Shown: one piece after another, positions 39,383 to 52,116 of the stretch
How positions within the stretch are numbered: position 1 is the first letter of the stretch
How the letters are laid out: each line of letters opens with the position of its first letter
DNA from: Squalus acanthias
Taxonomy: Eukaryota
Reading direction: 5' to 3'
Length of the DNA stretch: 64,000 bases
NCBI GenBank assembly: GCA_030390025.1
Contig: CM059432.1
Coordinates: 63,490,001-63,554,000, forward strand
Notes under the pieces: model-generated
Told to the model about the DNA's origin: nothing
Seen by the model: only the letters and a program-made list of their open reading frames with translations
Databases searched by the model: none
Translations under genes and position numbers: made by a program

Positions 39383-39488
39383 AGCCCCAATTATAACCTA
39401 ACCCACGTGTCGAGAACAAGGTGTAAATTGGGGGTCCGTCATGAATTCGCCCCTTTCTTGCTGGGAGGGTTAGGTTAAAATCGGGGCT
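39383..39488. mobile_element. ~106-bp miniature inverted-repeat element
   Basis: 22-bp IR AGCCCCAATTATAACCTAACCC / GGGTTAGGTTAAAATCGGGGCT with 2 mismatches; no clear TSD. Confidence 0.55.
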
Positions 39489-39768
39489 TTAGAAAGTTAC
39501 GGCTCTTTGCTAGAACCATCCAAAACTAACCCTGCTCTCCACCCATAAGTCTGTATCTTCTTTTGCTTCAAATGTTTATCCACCTTTGCCTTAGAAAAGG
39601 CAATTTGTACACATTTGTATATGTGTGATCTGTGACATTTAGAAATAGATGTTATATATATGGACTTCAAAGCCATTTGATAAAGTACCACATAACAAAC
39701 TTATTCGGAAAATAGAAGCACACGGTATTAAAGGGACGGTGGTAACTTGGGTGCGTAATTGGCTAAAA

Positions 39769-40145
39769 CAGGGGTTCTCAACAATTTTGCTTCTGAGGCC
39801 CCCCTCCCGTCTTATAAAAATTCCACGGCCCCCCTATAACAGACATTGGTCGTGATCAGCAACATTCCCTCTAAGCCAGCCGCACAGCTCTCTGTCGGTC
39901 CCGGACCAGCTTTTCCAATGTTAAGTTTTGCACATGCATGAGACTGTGAATAGGCCGCGCAGCTCCTTAAAGGGGCCAGCCACCCAAAAAAAAAATCAGG
40001 GGGAACATTGGCGATCAGTCTCGCTCTTTTTTTTTGACCCTGCTCGCAGAATGGGATTTTGAAAAATTTTTATTCTTGAAAGATGCTGATTTGGCGGAGC
40101 CCTTTGAAACCTTCGGGGCTGCTGATCCCTGATTGAGAATCCCTG
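39769..40145. mobile_element. hAT-type MITE inserted in CR1
   Basis: TIRs CAGGGGTTCTCAA / TTGAGAATCCCTG; degenerate 8-bp flanks GGCTAAAA / GGCTGGGG; the CR1 sequence resumes afterwards. Confidence 0.75.
39860..40010. mobile_element. Second hAT-type MITE nested in the first
   Basis: TIRs CAACATTCCCTCT / AGGGGGAACATTG; 8-bp TSD GTGATCAG / GCGATCAG. Confidence 0.78.
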
Positions 40146-41167
40146 GGCTGGGGGATAGGAGGCAGAGAGTAGTGGTAAACGGATGTTTTTCTGACTGGAG
40201 AGGGGTATGCAGTGGGGTCCCCCAGGGGTTGGTATTAGGACCATTGCTTATCTTGTTATGTATAAATGATCTGGACTTGGGTACAGGGAGTACAATTTCA
40301 AAGTTTGCAGATTATACAAAACTTGGCAATGTAGTAAATAGTGAGCACATTATTAACAGACTTCAGGAGGACATGGACAGACTGGTGAAATGGGCAGACA
40401 CATGACAAATGCAATTTAATGTGGATAAGTGTGAACTGTTGCAATCTGGGAGAAACAACATGGAGAGGCAGTATAATCGAAATGGTCCTATTTTGAGGAG
40501 GGTGCAAGAGCAAAGTGACCTGGGGTATGTATTCACAAATCCTTGAAGGTGGCAGGGCAAGTTGATAAGGTAGTTAAGAAAGCATGTGGGATATTTGGCT
40601 TTGTAAATAGGGGCATTGAATACAAAAATAAGGAAGTCATGCTAAACCTTTACAAATCACTGGTTAGGCCTCAGCTGGAGTATTGTGTATAATTCTGGGC
40701 ACCACACTTTAGAAAGGATGGCAAGGCCTTGGAGAAGGTACAGAGGAGGCTTACTAGGATGATACCAGGGATGAAGGATTTCAGTTATATGGAGAGATTG
40801 CAGAAGCTAGGATTGTTCTCCTTGGAGCAGAGAAGGTTAAGGGGAGACCTCATAGAGGCATTCAAAATGATCTGGGGTTTTGATAGAGCAGGTAAGGAGA
40901 AACTGCTTCCACTGGCAAGAGGGTCAGTAACCAGAGGTCACAGATTTAAAATAATTGGCAAATGAACGAGAGGGGAAATGAGGAGAAATTATTTCATACA
41001 GATTCATACAGATTCTATAGGAACTTTCAAAAGGCAATTGGACGTGTATTTGAAGAGAACTAATTTGCAGGGTTATGGGGAGAAAGCTGGGATGTGGGAC
41101 TAAATTGGACAGCTCTTTCAAAGGCACAATGGGCCGAATAGCCCCCTTCTGTGCTGTAAGATTCTAT

Positions 41168-44100
41168 GGCCGTGAAATTAGGACCTTTAGCGCCAGCCGT
41201 TAAGGCCGGTTTTGTAGAAAAAATGGCGGCCGCCTCGATTCTGCCCGCTTCCGGCCGCCATTTTGGACCGGTCCACAGCGCTGCCATTGCCTGCGCTCGT
41301 CGCACATATTTAAATAATGCAAATCGTGACATCAATTGGCATGCAACGCCTGAATTGATGCACGATCTGTGATTTTTGACGTCTTAATATCGCTCTCTCC
41401 AAACCACGCACGGAAGACCGTGTGTGCAGCAGTACAACAAAGACGCTGCCAGCGCTTCTTAAAAGGACACACACAATTTTGAGGTAAGTTTAGATTTTTG
41501 CTTTTGGACTGTTATTTTTTACATTTTATAGAAGTAGTGGCTTGGTGCAATACATGTTAAAGGTTTTTTAGGTGTGCAGGGCGTGCTGCTGGACATTTGT
41601 AAGGTTTTGACTATTAAAGGAAAGCCTCTGAGAAGATCACTTGCTCCCAGTGCTGGGGGCTCTAGTTGCAGTCCCCCTTGGGCTGCAGCATGACATGAAG
41701 TTGCAGCAGACGCAGCAAAGGCGACAAGCTTCTCACAGAGGGAGGAGGAGGAAGCAGAAGAGGAGGAAGCAGAAGAGGAGAAGCAGAAGAAGAAAAAGCA
41801 GAAGGAAGGAGGTAACCAAGACAGCCCCTTTCTGGCCAGGATAGCTGTGATCGCAGCATCAGTCTGTTCGCTGTGCACACGGCAGTCCGGCAGGTCACTG
41901 ATGCACGGTTTGCGAGACTTCAACAGTTCATTACCTTCCCCATGGAGGCTGACAAGGAGGAAGAAAGAGCACTGGGATATGCCCACATTGCTGGATTCCC
42001 ACAGGTGCGGGACTCCACAGACTGCATGCAAATAGGCCTGCGTGCTCCCCGTCATAAACCAGCACTGTTTCTCAACATGAAGGGCTTCCATTAGCTCAAT
42101 GTTCAACTTGTCATGCAGGTCTGTGCCTAGTTTCCTGGCAGTAGTCAAAACGCTTTCATACTGCACCAGTCCTCAATACCCAAACCATTGGGTGACAGAC
42201 TCACTGCTGAGGGACAAGAGCTATCCCCTCACCGACTGGCTCATGACTCTTGTCAGGAACGCGGGCACAGATGCAGAGCACTGATATAATGAGAGCCATG
42301 CAGCAACAAGGGTTCTTGTTGAGCAGACCATTGGCATCCTGAAACAAACCATCCCCTGCCCAGAGCACCAACATTCCCTCCTTCTGATTGACCCAGTCCC
42401 GGACACCCACCATATCAATGACCTCAAACAGTACAACTTCATGGGTGTTCCTGTTACATAACTAAGATTATGAAGACCAACAGCTATACCAAAACAAAAC
42501 ATTTTTACTTCCAACAGACCCCATTCCTGATTTCACAAATGGTTACATGACTGCTACATATCTATACATCACCCTTGTGCAAAACCGTAGTGCCTGTTTT
42601 GCATGCTTTTTTACCTATTCTAATACTCCTACGAGGTGGTTTACTAGGTGGCTACAGCTTGGGAGGTGGGAAGCTTGCGCTGAGGGCACTTGAGATTTCC
42701 ATGGTGGGCGGCCTCGAGGCGCTCTGGCTGTTGGCGACCTGGCTGCAGACTTCTGGGACTCGGCTTCGGCCAGGGCAGTTTGGCCCAACTGCCTGTCTGG
42801 CACCAACAAGGGCACTGGTTGAGAAGCTGGCGGGTGAGCAGGCGTGCTGTCATCCTGAGAGAGGACAGCAGGTGCCTCTCCCATGGAGCCATTGCCACTC
42901 TCAGTGTGCTGAGCCTTAGTACTCCCACTGCTCTGTGCAAGAACTTTGAAGGTGTGCTGGGAGGCTCTCAAAACCCCTAACTAGGCTCTCCTCCAGGCTT
43001 TGTAAACCAGAGGAGATGCTGGGCCCCAGAGCCAAGATGTCAGCAGTCTGAGCTCCTATCAAAGCTGTCAGAGCTGTTATCAGAGGTTCCATCACTGTGG
43101 GTCCCCCTGCAGTGTTCATAGAGCTGACCACTCACTCCATGGTTGACTGCATGGTCTCGATCCCGTGTGTGAAGACATCACACAAGTTGGAGCTGGACTC
43201 CTCCATGCTCTCTGACATTGTGCATAAACTCGCAGGCAGACATCCCAGTGCACTTATAAAGTCTCTGTGGATTGCCATCAGTCTTCTTATGTATGATGGG
43301 GCCTCAATGTTTTCATCTGTACTCTGTGCAGCAGAGCTAGGTGGCGAGCTCTCCCTCTGGTGAGCTGTTTCCTGGCCCATGCTATCACACTGCCCTTGCT
43401 CCTGCGCCCTAGTGCTGGGTGCTTCTCAACTGCAGCCTACCCTCTGAACTACACATTGTGCCAGTCTCTGAGCTGATGCAACTGTAGGTCAAATGACAGC
43501 TCCTGTTGTGCAATTCTGTTTTCTTCTTCTTCTGCTTCCTGAGGGCTAATTGGAGCTTCTGGGGCTGAAATGGAAAACAGGACAAGCGTTAGCATTTAGT
43601 GCCATGGGTACGCAGAGACAGATAGCTGGCATCTGAAAGCAGCAATAATTTGTCGTGAATCATGTGTAAGAATGCCCTTTAAGTGAGAAAGGAAGGAAGG
43701 AAAGATGGTTTAATACCCTGCAGTACTGCTCCTGCAACCTCACCAGACACCACACTCCTGACACGCCCCCTGCCCACTTTCAAGTGCACGGATGAATCGT
43801 GGCCCTCCTCCTGTGGCTGCCTGCTCCCAGTTATTGTGTGTGAGCTTGGACTGCGAGAAGGAAGTGTGTCAGTGTTAGAGTAGCGAGAAGTTTTGAGGAC
43901 GAGCTTATCAGAGTAGAGTAGTGTTGTTGTGTGAAATATAGCAGAGGTGTGAGGAGGTGAAGGAAGTAATGGTGAAGTGAGTAGCAGGTGCAGAGTGCTG
44001 CAGTGGGAGCAGAAGGAGGTGGAGTGAAGTGTGCTACATTGATGGCAGGAGAGTGCTGGTAATCGGAGGAGGGAAGGGTTGTGAGTGCTGGGGCAACAGA

Positions 44101-44658
44101 TAGTGCAAGGCTAAGCAGAGAATAATGAGAGATATGAGTTAGGAGGCTTAGCTTAGCTATCCTCGTGAGGTCATTAAACATTTTTTGGCATTGCAGCCGT
44201 GTCCTGTAGACAATGCTTCTGGCACTCACGCGCTCTGCGACCTCTGCCCACTTGTGCCGGGCTGTATGACTGGATATCTTCCTACTGCCTGGTGGATAAA
44301 ACATTTTCCATCCTCCTGCCAACCTCCTGCAGCAAAACCTGCAACAAAGCATCCAAAAACCTTGCAGCTTCTGCTGTGCCTGCTATTGTCCACAATCTTC
44401 CCTGACAGTTGCTGCAGCCAAAAGCACCTCCCCTTTAAGAGGTGCAGGCTGCCTTTAACTGGCATCAGTAACATGGGAAACTGAAGCCCTCGATTCGGCG
44501 AGCTGCCAATAAAAAGTGAGTAGCACTGGCAGCCCGCCCATTTATATAAATTAATGAGGGGCACAATTTTGGGGCTTTCTTTGCGGCTACGTGATCGGGT
44601 GCAAGCTCTGAGCGTGGCACTCATTCTGCGTATGAAAACTTACAGCAATTTCTACACC
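41168..44658. mobile_element. Decayed near full-length Harbinger (transposase pseudogene on +, Myb-gene pseudogene on -)
   Basis: Plus strand: GFPQVRDSTDCMQIGLRAP..NMKGFH*LNVQL, LRDKSYPL..LMT and EQTIGILK. Minus strand: WAEVAERVS..RTRLQCQKMFNDLTRIAK. Worn TIRs GGCCGTGAAATT / AATTTCTACACC with flanks TAT/TGT. Confidence 0.82.
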
Positions 44659-45643
44659 TGTATGTTACATTATGCAATATTATGCTTACTTGCCTTTTCT
44701 TGTAAAATGTCCATTAAAAAGCTGTGGGTAGGTACAATTCCAACAGCTGTATATTTTAATACCTTGTCAAGGAATTAAGTTAAAATTTCTATCTGTGGCT
44801 TTTTGTGATTGAGTATTACAAAAGTATGAATACACTTTATCAGTGCCAGCAGGCAGCCCTTGGACTACACACTGGTAATAAGCACAGATCTGCATTGCAG
44901 ATATTTCCTGAAGTGAAGGTTTGAAAATATGTATGTCTACAGCGTCACAATTCTAACTAGCCCCACTGCACATTACTCAAGCATACTCTTTTTGGGGCAA
45001 CAACAACTTGCATTTATATAGCACATTTAACGTAGTAAAACATCCCAGGGCACTTCACATGAGCATTATCAAACAAAATTTGACAGCGAGCCACATAAGG
45101 AGATAGTAGGACAGAAAGAGGTAGGTTTTAAGGAGCGTCTTAAAGGAGGAAGGAGAGGTAGAGAGGCGGAGAGGTTTCAGAGCTTAGGGCCTCGGCTGCT
45201 GAAGGCACGGCCGACAATTGTGGAGCGATTAAAATCGGGGATGCACAAGTTGGCAAATTTATGGAGGGTGGAAGATGGGAAGCCAGCCAGGAGAGCTTTG
45301 GAATAGTCAAGTCTAGTGGTAATATGGATGAGTGTTTCAGCAGCAGATGAGCTGAGGCAGGGGCGGAGTCGGGCAATGTTACAGAGGTGGAAGTAGGTAG
45401 TCTTGGTGACTGAGTGGATATGTGGTCGGAAGCTCATCTGGGGGCAAATAGGACACCAAGGTTGCGAATGGCCTAGTTCAGCCTCAGACAGTTGCCAGGG
45501 AGAGGGATGGAGTCGGTGGCTAGGGAATGGAGTTTGTGGAAAATATTTAGTTGGAAGAAATTTCTGCTCATCCAGTGCTAGCTGTTGGACCATCAGTGTG
45601 ACAAATTAGAAACAGTGGAGGGGTTGAGAGAAGTGGTGGTGAG

Positions 45644-45830
45644 CAATGCTCCCTCTAAATATTACTGTGGGTGCGCGGCCTGTTTATTTAAAAGTGCTGT
45701 ACCTTTAAATTTGCAGCGCGGCTGCACACGCACGCGCAGTATCTTCAGCGGAACAGCTTGTGAGCGCCTGTGCGGTACCTTCACAGATTGCTGTGTGGCC
45801 GTGCACCCGCGCAGCCTACATGGAAAATTG
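45644..45830. mobile_element. hAT-type MITE (same TIR type as 39860-40010) in L2
   Basis: Starts CAATGCTCCCTCTAA and ends GGAAAATTG; flanks GTGGTGAG / GTG-TGAG. Confidence 0.6.
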
Positions 45831-46750
45831 GTGTGAGGTAGAGCTGGGTGTGTCAGCGTACATGTGGAACCTGACATTGTGTTTTCGGATGATGTTGTTA
45901 AGGGGCAGCATGTAGATAAGAATTATGAGGGGGCCAATGATAGATCCTTGGGGGACTCCAGAGGTAATGGTGAGGGCGTGGGAAGGGAAGCCATTGCAGG
46001 TGATTTTCTGCCTATGACTGGATAGATAAGAATGGAATCAGGCGAGTGCAGTCCCATCCAGCTGGACGATGGAGAAGAGGCGTTGGAGGAGGATGGTGTG
46101 GTCAACTGTGTCAAAGGCTGCAGACAGGTCGAGAAGGACGCGGAAGGATGAGGAGACATAGTTTATCATAGTCACAGTCACATAGGATGTCATTGTGACT
46201 TTGATAAGGGCCGTTTCAGTACCATGGCAGGGGCGGAAACCTGATTGGAGGGATTGAAACGTGAAAATCCAGGAAAGATGGACAGGGATTTCAGAGGCGA
46301 CAGCACATTCAACAACTTTGGAGAGGAAAGGGAGGTTGGAGATGGGGCAATAGTGTGAAAGGACAGAGGGTCAAGAGTGTTTTTTTTAGGAGTGGGGTGA
46401 TGACGGCAGATTTGAAAGGGAGGGGACAGTACCTGAGGAGATGGAACCATTAACAATATTAGCTAACATGGGGGCCAGGAAAGGAAGTTGGGTGGTCAGC
46501 AGTTTGCTGGGAATAGGGTCGAGGGAGCAGGAGGTGGGTCTCATGGACAAGGTGAGCTTGGAGAGGTCAAGAGGGCAAATAGGATAGAAACTAGAGAAAG
46601 AGGCGAGTTCAGGACTCGGGTGGGGGAGGGGGGAATCTTAGGGTAAGTTTGGCCCGATGGGCTAGGGAAAGGGAGGGAAGTGGCAGAGGCAGATGAATGG
46701 ATGGTTTCAATCTTAGTGACAAAGAAGTCCATGAGCTCCTCACACTTGTT

Positions 46751-47215
46751 AAAGAAAGAAAGAAACACTTGCATTTATATAGCGCCTTTCATGACCACCA
46801 GAAGTTCCAAAGCGCTTTACAGCCAATTAAGTACTTTTTGAAGTGTAGTCACTGTTGTAATGTAGGAAAAGCGGCAGCCAATTTGCGCACAGCAAGCTCC
46901 CACAAGTAGCAACATGGTAATGACCAGATAAACTGTTTGAGTGATGTTGAGGGATAAATATTGGCCAGGACACCGGGGATAACTCCCGCTCTTCTTCGAA
47001 ATTGTGCCATAGGATCTTTTACATCCACCTGAGAGAGCAGACGGGGCTTTGGTTTAATGTCTCATCTGAAAGACGGCACCTCTGACAGTGCAGCACTCCC
47101 TCAGCACTGCACTGGAGTGTCAGCCTAGATTTTTGTGCTCAAGTCTCTGGAGTGGGATTTGAACCCACAGCCTTCTGACTCAGAGGTGAGGGCACTACCA
47201 ACTGAGCCACGGCTG
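46751..47215 (-). mobile_element. Full-length tRNA-derived SINE (Deu-domain/SacSINE1-like) with L2-type tail
   Basis: Minus-strand head has TGGCTCAGTTGG (A box) and GGTTCAAATCC (B box). The tail resembles the L2 tail and ends in (TTTC)n. TSD TTGTT at 46746-46750 and 47216-47220. The family name comes from recognition, not a search. Confidence 0.8.
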
Positions 47216-47504
47216 TTGTTGGAGGTGAGGGTGGAGGAGGCAGGAGAGAGAGGTTTAAGAAGATGGTTTGTAGTGGAAAAGAGAAGCCAGGGGTTATATT
47301 TGCAATTTGGAATCATCCTGGAATAGTGAGCAGTTTTGGCAGAGGAGAGCAGGACCCCATAGTGCTTTCTGTGGTCCAGCCAAATCTGACGATGGATGAG
47401 AAAACCAATTGTCCGCCATAAACATTTAAGCCTGCATCCCTTTTTTTTCATCTTTTTCCCGGGTTTGCAGAAACACATACATTCAGTGCTGGAATTGTGA
47501 AAAT

Positions 47505-47830
47505 AACAACAATTTGCATTTATTGAGAGCCTTTAACGCTGAAAAATAACCCAAGGTGCTTCATAGAAGCACAATGAAAGAAAAATGGTCGCTGACCCAA
47601 AGAAGAAGATATTAGGAGAGATGGCCAAAAGCTTTTTGTCAACGAAGGGGGTTTGAAGGAGGGTCTTAAAGGAGGCGAGGGAGGTGGCGAGGCGGAAGGT
47701 TTAGGGAGGGACCTAGGCAGCTGAAGGCACGGACGGCTGCCAGTTGTGAAGTAAATGGAGAGTGGATGCACAAGAGGTTGGAATCAGATGAAATGAGATT
47801 TCAGGTGGGGTTGCAGTGCTGGAGGAGGAC
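47505..47830 (-). mobile_element. L2 3' tail fragment
   Basis: AACAACAATTTGCATTTA... is similar to 44997-45250. Confidence 0.65.
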
Positions 47831-48392
47831 TATTTTTTAAGTCTTAAAACAATCAATGCACCATGTGTAGTTGTGATTTTAACATTTTTGCAAGGGGAAA
47901 AGGGAGGCTTCAAATTCATAAAAAAGTCACCTCAGTTTGATTTAATCTAAACTCAGCAGTTGAACTGAGCTGAATACCCCCTTATTCCCTATACTCACTG
48001 GGAACTATTTTCAAGTTACTTCCTGGGAAGCTTTGAAGAATATTATGTGATTAGCATTTTAAATTTGTCCTATTGAAAATAGAGTCTGTTACAGTATTGT
48101 AAAATAATACCACTTAGTCAAATGTGCAAATATTAGTTTAAGGACTTTTCAATAGGGGCTTTCTTGTGTTTAATCTCACAGTCTGAAAGTCCTTCATTGA
48201 TTACCTAAGTTATCAGAATTCATCACAGTAATAAACTGGAAAAATTTATAACCAGAAGAAATAACTGTTGCTGTTTACCCAAACTATTATTAATATTTCC
48301 AACCACTACAGTATAAACTACTGAATAATACATACTATGCAATAGATATGTCAATTGTTGATATGATCTTTTTTCCCTTTAGGATACTGGAA

Positions 48393-48607
48393 GAACACAA
48401 GAAATAGGAGCAGGAGTCGTCCTTACGGCCCCTCGAGCCTGCTCCGCCATTCAATAAGATCATGGCTGATTGTCTACCTCATCCCCACTTTCCCGCCCAA
48501 TTCCTATATTCCTTGATTCCCTTAGTGTCTAAAAATCTATTGCTCTCAGCCTTGAATATACTCAATGATTGAGCATCCACAGCCCTCTGGGATAGAGAAT
48601 TCCAAAG
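48393..48607 (-). mobile_element. CR1 3' UTR fragment
   Basis: AAATAGGAGCAGGAGT..CCCTCGAGCCTGCTCCGCCATTCAAT matches the CR1 tails at 26320 and 59930. Confidence 0.8.
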
Positions 48608-49113
48608 GAGCACTCGGGTTTCTCTCTCATCTCCTGTTAGTGAGGCTTTGAGACTTTCTGTAGTGATAACTTACATTGATCTTTGGGTCTGGGGTCAGAG
48701 TTAGAGATAGAAGAAGGCAGAGGGGGTGACTGACGAAGTGAGGCCTGTGGAGATAGATTTTATCATAGATTGGTACTGCCCTCCAATTTCTTGGCTGTTT
48801 TTTCAATTCTATGCAATGCTTTCTCCCAAGAGGTTGGGCAGATGACCTAATTTCAGGTCTCTGTCAAGTGCCAATACCACTTTCCAGCCAATCGCTTATA
48901 TTCATGTTGAAATTATTTTCTCTGTGTTTTTTCTAACAGCCACATGGTGGCGATCTTTCAACACAAACGCATCTTACTTGCAGTGATGTTTCTGATCTGA
49001 TTTTTTTTGCATTCCTACAGTTGGTCTCCCATGGCATTGCACATGCGGAGTTAAGATCAAGTGCAGTATGTAGGTCCAGTGGGGTTAGAGAATAGAGGGT
49101 TAACTGTACCAAG

Positions 49114-49290
49114 GCAACCTTGGCTCAGTGGTAGTACTCTGACCTCTGAGTCAGAAGGTCATGGGTTCAAGCCCCACTCCCCAGACTTGAGCACATAATC
49201 TAGGTTGACATTCCAGTGCAGTACTGAGGGAGTGCTGCACTGTCAGAGGTGCCGTCTTTCAGATGAGATGTTAAACCTCTCAGATGGGCA
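49114..49290 (+). mobile_element. 5' part of a tRNA-derived SINE (same family as 46751-47215)
   Basis: TGGCTCAGTGG and GGTTCAAGCCC boxes; shares GTGCTGCACTGTCAGAGGTGCCGTCTTTCAGATGAGA. Confidence 0.8.
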
Positions 49291-49304
49291 TAAAATATAC
49301 TTTC

Positions 49305-52110
49305 TTTCTGTGAAGGTTAACCAGTGCTGTAGGGAGGGTTTAGATTAATTCGCCAGGGGGTTGGGCACCAAGATGTAGTATTAAAAAGTAGAAACAAGGT
49401 GCACAGAGGACTAGGAGAAACAGTTAGAGTTAGAAATAATACAGAATTAGGTGGGATTGTAGAAAATACATAGGCCTAAGTTAGATTTGGAGTGCACATG
49501 TGTAAATACCCGAGTGTGGTTAATAAGGTTGGTGATCTGCAGGCACAAATAGACAAGTGGGAATATGATTTAGTGGTGATAAGGAGACCTGGCTCAAAAA
49601 AGGGGAGGATTAGATGCTTAATATTCCTGGGTACAAGGTATTTAGGAAAGATAGGGAAGGAAAAAAAGGATATGGGGTAGCTGTTTTGATTAAGGAAAAT
49701 ATTACAGTGATAGAGAGAATGTCCTTGAGGGGTCAAAGGCAGAATCTATTTGGTTGGAGTTAAGAAAAAGAGGATCTATTAGCTACATGGTGTATTTTAT
49801 AGGACACCAAATAGTGCGAAGGAGACGGAGGAGCAGATATGCAGGGAAATGACTAAGAGGTGCATGAACTATAGAGTAGTGATAAAGGGAGACTTTAACT
49901 ACCCCATTATTGAATGGGGTAGTGATTGTGTTAAGGGCAGAGAGGGGGAGGAATTTCTGAAGTGTGTTCAGTAGAACTTTCTTTATCAGTATGTTTCCTG
50001 CCCAACGAGGAAGGAGGCATTGCTGGAACTAGTCCTGGGGAATGAAGCAGGCCAAGTGGAGAATGTCACAATTGGGGAGCATCTTGGGAATAGTGATCAT
50101 AGTATCGTAAGGTTTAGATTAGTTACGGAGAAGGACAAGCAGCAATCTAGAATAAAAATACTTAACTGGAGGAGGGCTAATTTCAGCGAATTAAGGAGGG
50201 ATCTGGCCCGGGTAAATTGGAGTTAAAGACTGGCAGGCAGAAACATAATGGAGCAATGGGCTGTCTTTTAAGAGGAGATGGTTCGGGTACAGTCTAGGTA
50301 CATTCCCACAGCGGGGAAAGGGAGGGCAACCAAAGCCAGAGCTCCCTGGATGATGAAAGAGTTAGAGAGTAAAATGAAGCAGAAAAAGGGGGAGCATGAC
50401 AGATGCCAGCTTGATAATTTGACACGTTGGACCCCCTGGGACACATCTCATTGTCTTGGCTGTGCTCTTAGTGTGTCTTTGATGTAGGGAAAGATTTGAA
50501 TAGATTTTGTCTGTGTTTAAATTGTGAATTCTGGGAGATTCTCTCACTGCTAACTTACCTGAGGAAGGAGCGAACAGCTCCGAAAGCTTGTAAAATTAAA
50601 TAAATCTGTTGGACTATAACCTGGTGTTGTGCGACTTCTCAGCTTGATAATTGACAAGGGAGAATCAGACTGAATATTAAAAGTACAGAGGAGAAGTGAA
50701 AAAGGAAATAAGAGGGGCAAAGAGACAGTATGGGAATAGATTGGTGGCTAACATAAAAGGGAATACAAAGGTCTTCTATAGGCATATTAACAATAAAAGG
50801 GTTGTCAGAGGAGCGGTGAGGCCGATTAGGGACCAAAATGGAGAACTATTGGTGGAGACAGAATTCATGGCTGAGGTATTAAATGAGTACTTTGCATCAG
50901 TGTTTACCAAGGAAGAGGACTTTGCCAAAGCCACAGTAAGCAAGGAGGTTGTTGGGATACTGGATGAGATAAAAATAGATAAAGAGCAAGTACTCAAAAG
51001 GCTGGCAGTACTTAAAGTGGATAAGTCACCCGGTCCGAATGGGATGGATCCTAGGTTGCTGAGGGAAGTAAAGCTAGAAATTGAGGAGGTGCTGACCACA
51101 ATCTTCCACTCCTCCTTAGATACAGGGATGATGCCACCGGACTGGAAATGTTACACCTTTGTTCAATAAAGGGGAGAAGGATAAGCCTGGTAATTACAGG
51201 CCAGACATTTTAACATCAGTGGTGGGGAAGCTTTTAGAAACAATAATCTGGGAGAAAATTAAAAGTCACTTGGACAAGCATGGACTAATAAAGGAGAGCC
51301 AGCACGGATTTGTTATGGGCAAATTGTGTTTGGCTAACTTGATTAAGGTTTTGATGAGGTAACAGAGAGGGTGGATGAGGGCAGTGCAGTTGATGTTGCG
51401 TATATGGACTTTCAAAAAGAGTTTTATAAAGTACCACATAATAGGCTTGATAGCAAAATTGAAGCCCATGGGATAAACGGGGCAGTAGCAGCATGAATAC
51501 AAAATCGGTTAAGGGATAGGAAACAGAGAGTGTGGTGAATAGCTGTTTTCGGACTGCAGGGAGGTATACAGTGGAGTTTCCCAAGGTTCAGTACTAGGAC
51601 CACAGCTGTTTTTGATATACATTAAAGACTGGACTTGGGGGGTACAGCGCACAAATTTCAAAATTTGCAGATGACACAAAACTCGGAAGTGTAGTAAACA
51701 GTGAGGAAGATAGTAATAGATTTCAAGAAGAGATAGCCAGATTGGTGGAATGGGCAGACACATGGCAGATGAAACTCAACGCAGAGAAGTGTGAGGTGAT
51801 ACATTTTGGTAGGAAGAATGAGGCGAGGCAATACAAGCTAAATGGCACAATTTTAAAGGGGTGCAATAAGAGAGAGATCTGGGGGTGCTTGTGCGCAAAT
51901 CTTTGAAGGTGGCAGGACAGGTTAACAAAGCATATGGGATCCTGGGCTTTATAAATAGAGCCATAGAGCACAAAAGCCAGGAAGTTATGCTAAGACTGTA
52001 TAAAACATTAGTTCAGCCCCTAGCTGGAGTATTGTGTCCAATTCTGGGCACCGCACTTTAGGAAGGACTTCAAGGCTTTGGAGAGAGTACAGAAGAGATT
52101 TACTAGAATG
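49305..52110 (+). mobile_element. Old, degraded CR1 ORF2 (APE plus RT), 3'-truncated
   Basis: GNSDH, VLNEYFASVFT, KSPGP, SQHGF and LEYCVQF across several frames. Confidence 0.88.
50420..50639 (+). mobile_element. Penelope-like terminal fragment with hammerhead-like motif, inserted in CR1
   Basis: TSD CAGCTTGATAATT at 50407-50419 and 50640-50652; 50557-50639 is similar to 18063-18145. Confidence 0.78.
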
Positions 52111-52116
52111 GATAGT

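Larger units (their letters stand above)
39640..41166 (+). mobile_element. Degraded 5'-truncated CR1 LINE with nested hAT MITEs
   Basis: FDKVPHNKL, GVPQGLVLGP, FADYTK and RRLRGDLIE; tail ending ATTCTATG. Confidence 0.88.
44997..47455 (-). mobile_element. Degraded L2 LINE (RT region to 3' tail) with nested MITE and SINE
   Basis: Tail CAACAACAACTTGCATTTATATAGC; minus-strand LLDLSAAFDTVDH, GVPQGS and TRLDYS. Confidence 0.85.

Noticed and set aside
49021..49065. 45-nt micro-exon between TTCCTACAG and GTATGT
   Set aside because: Splice-like signals only; the peptide is unrecognised and such matches are expected by chance.
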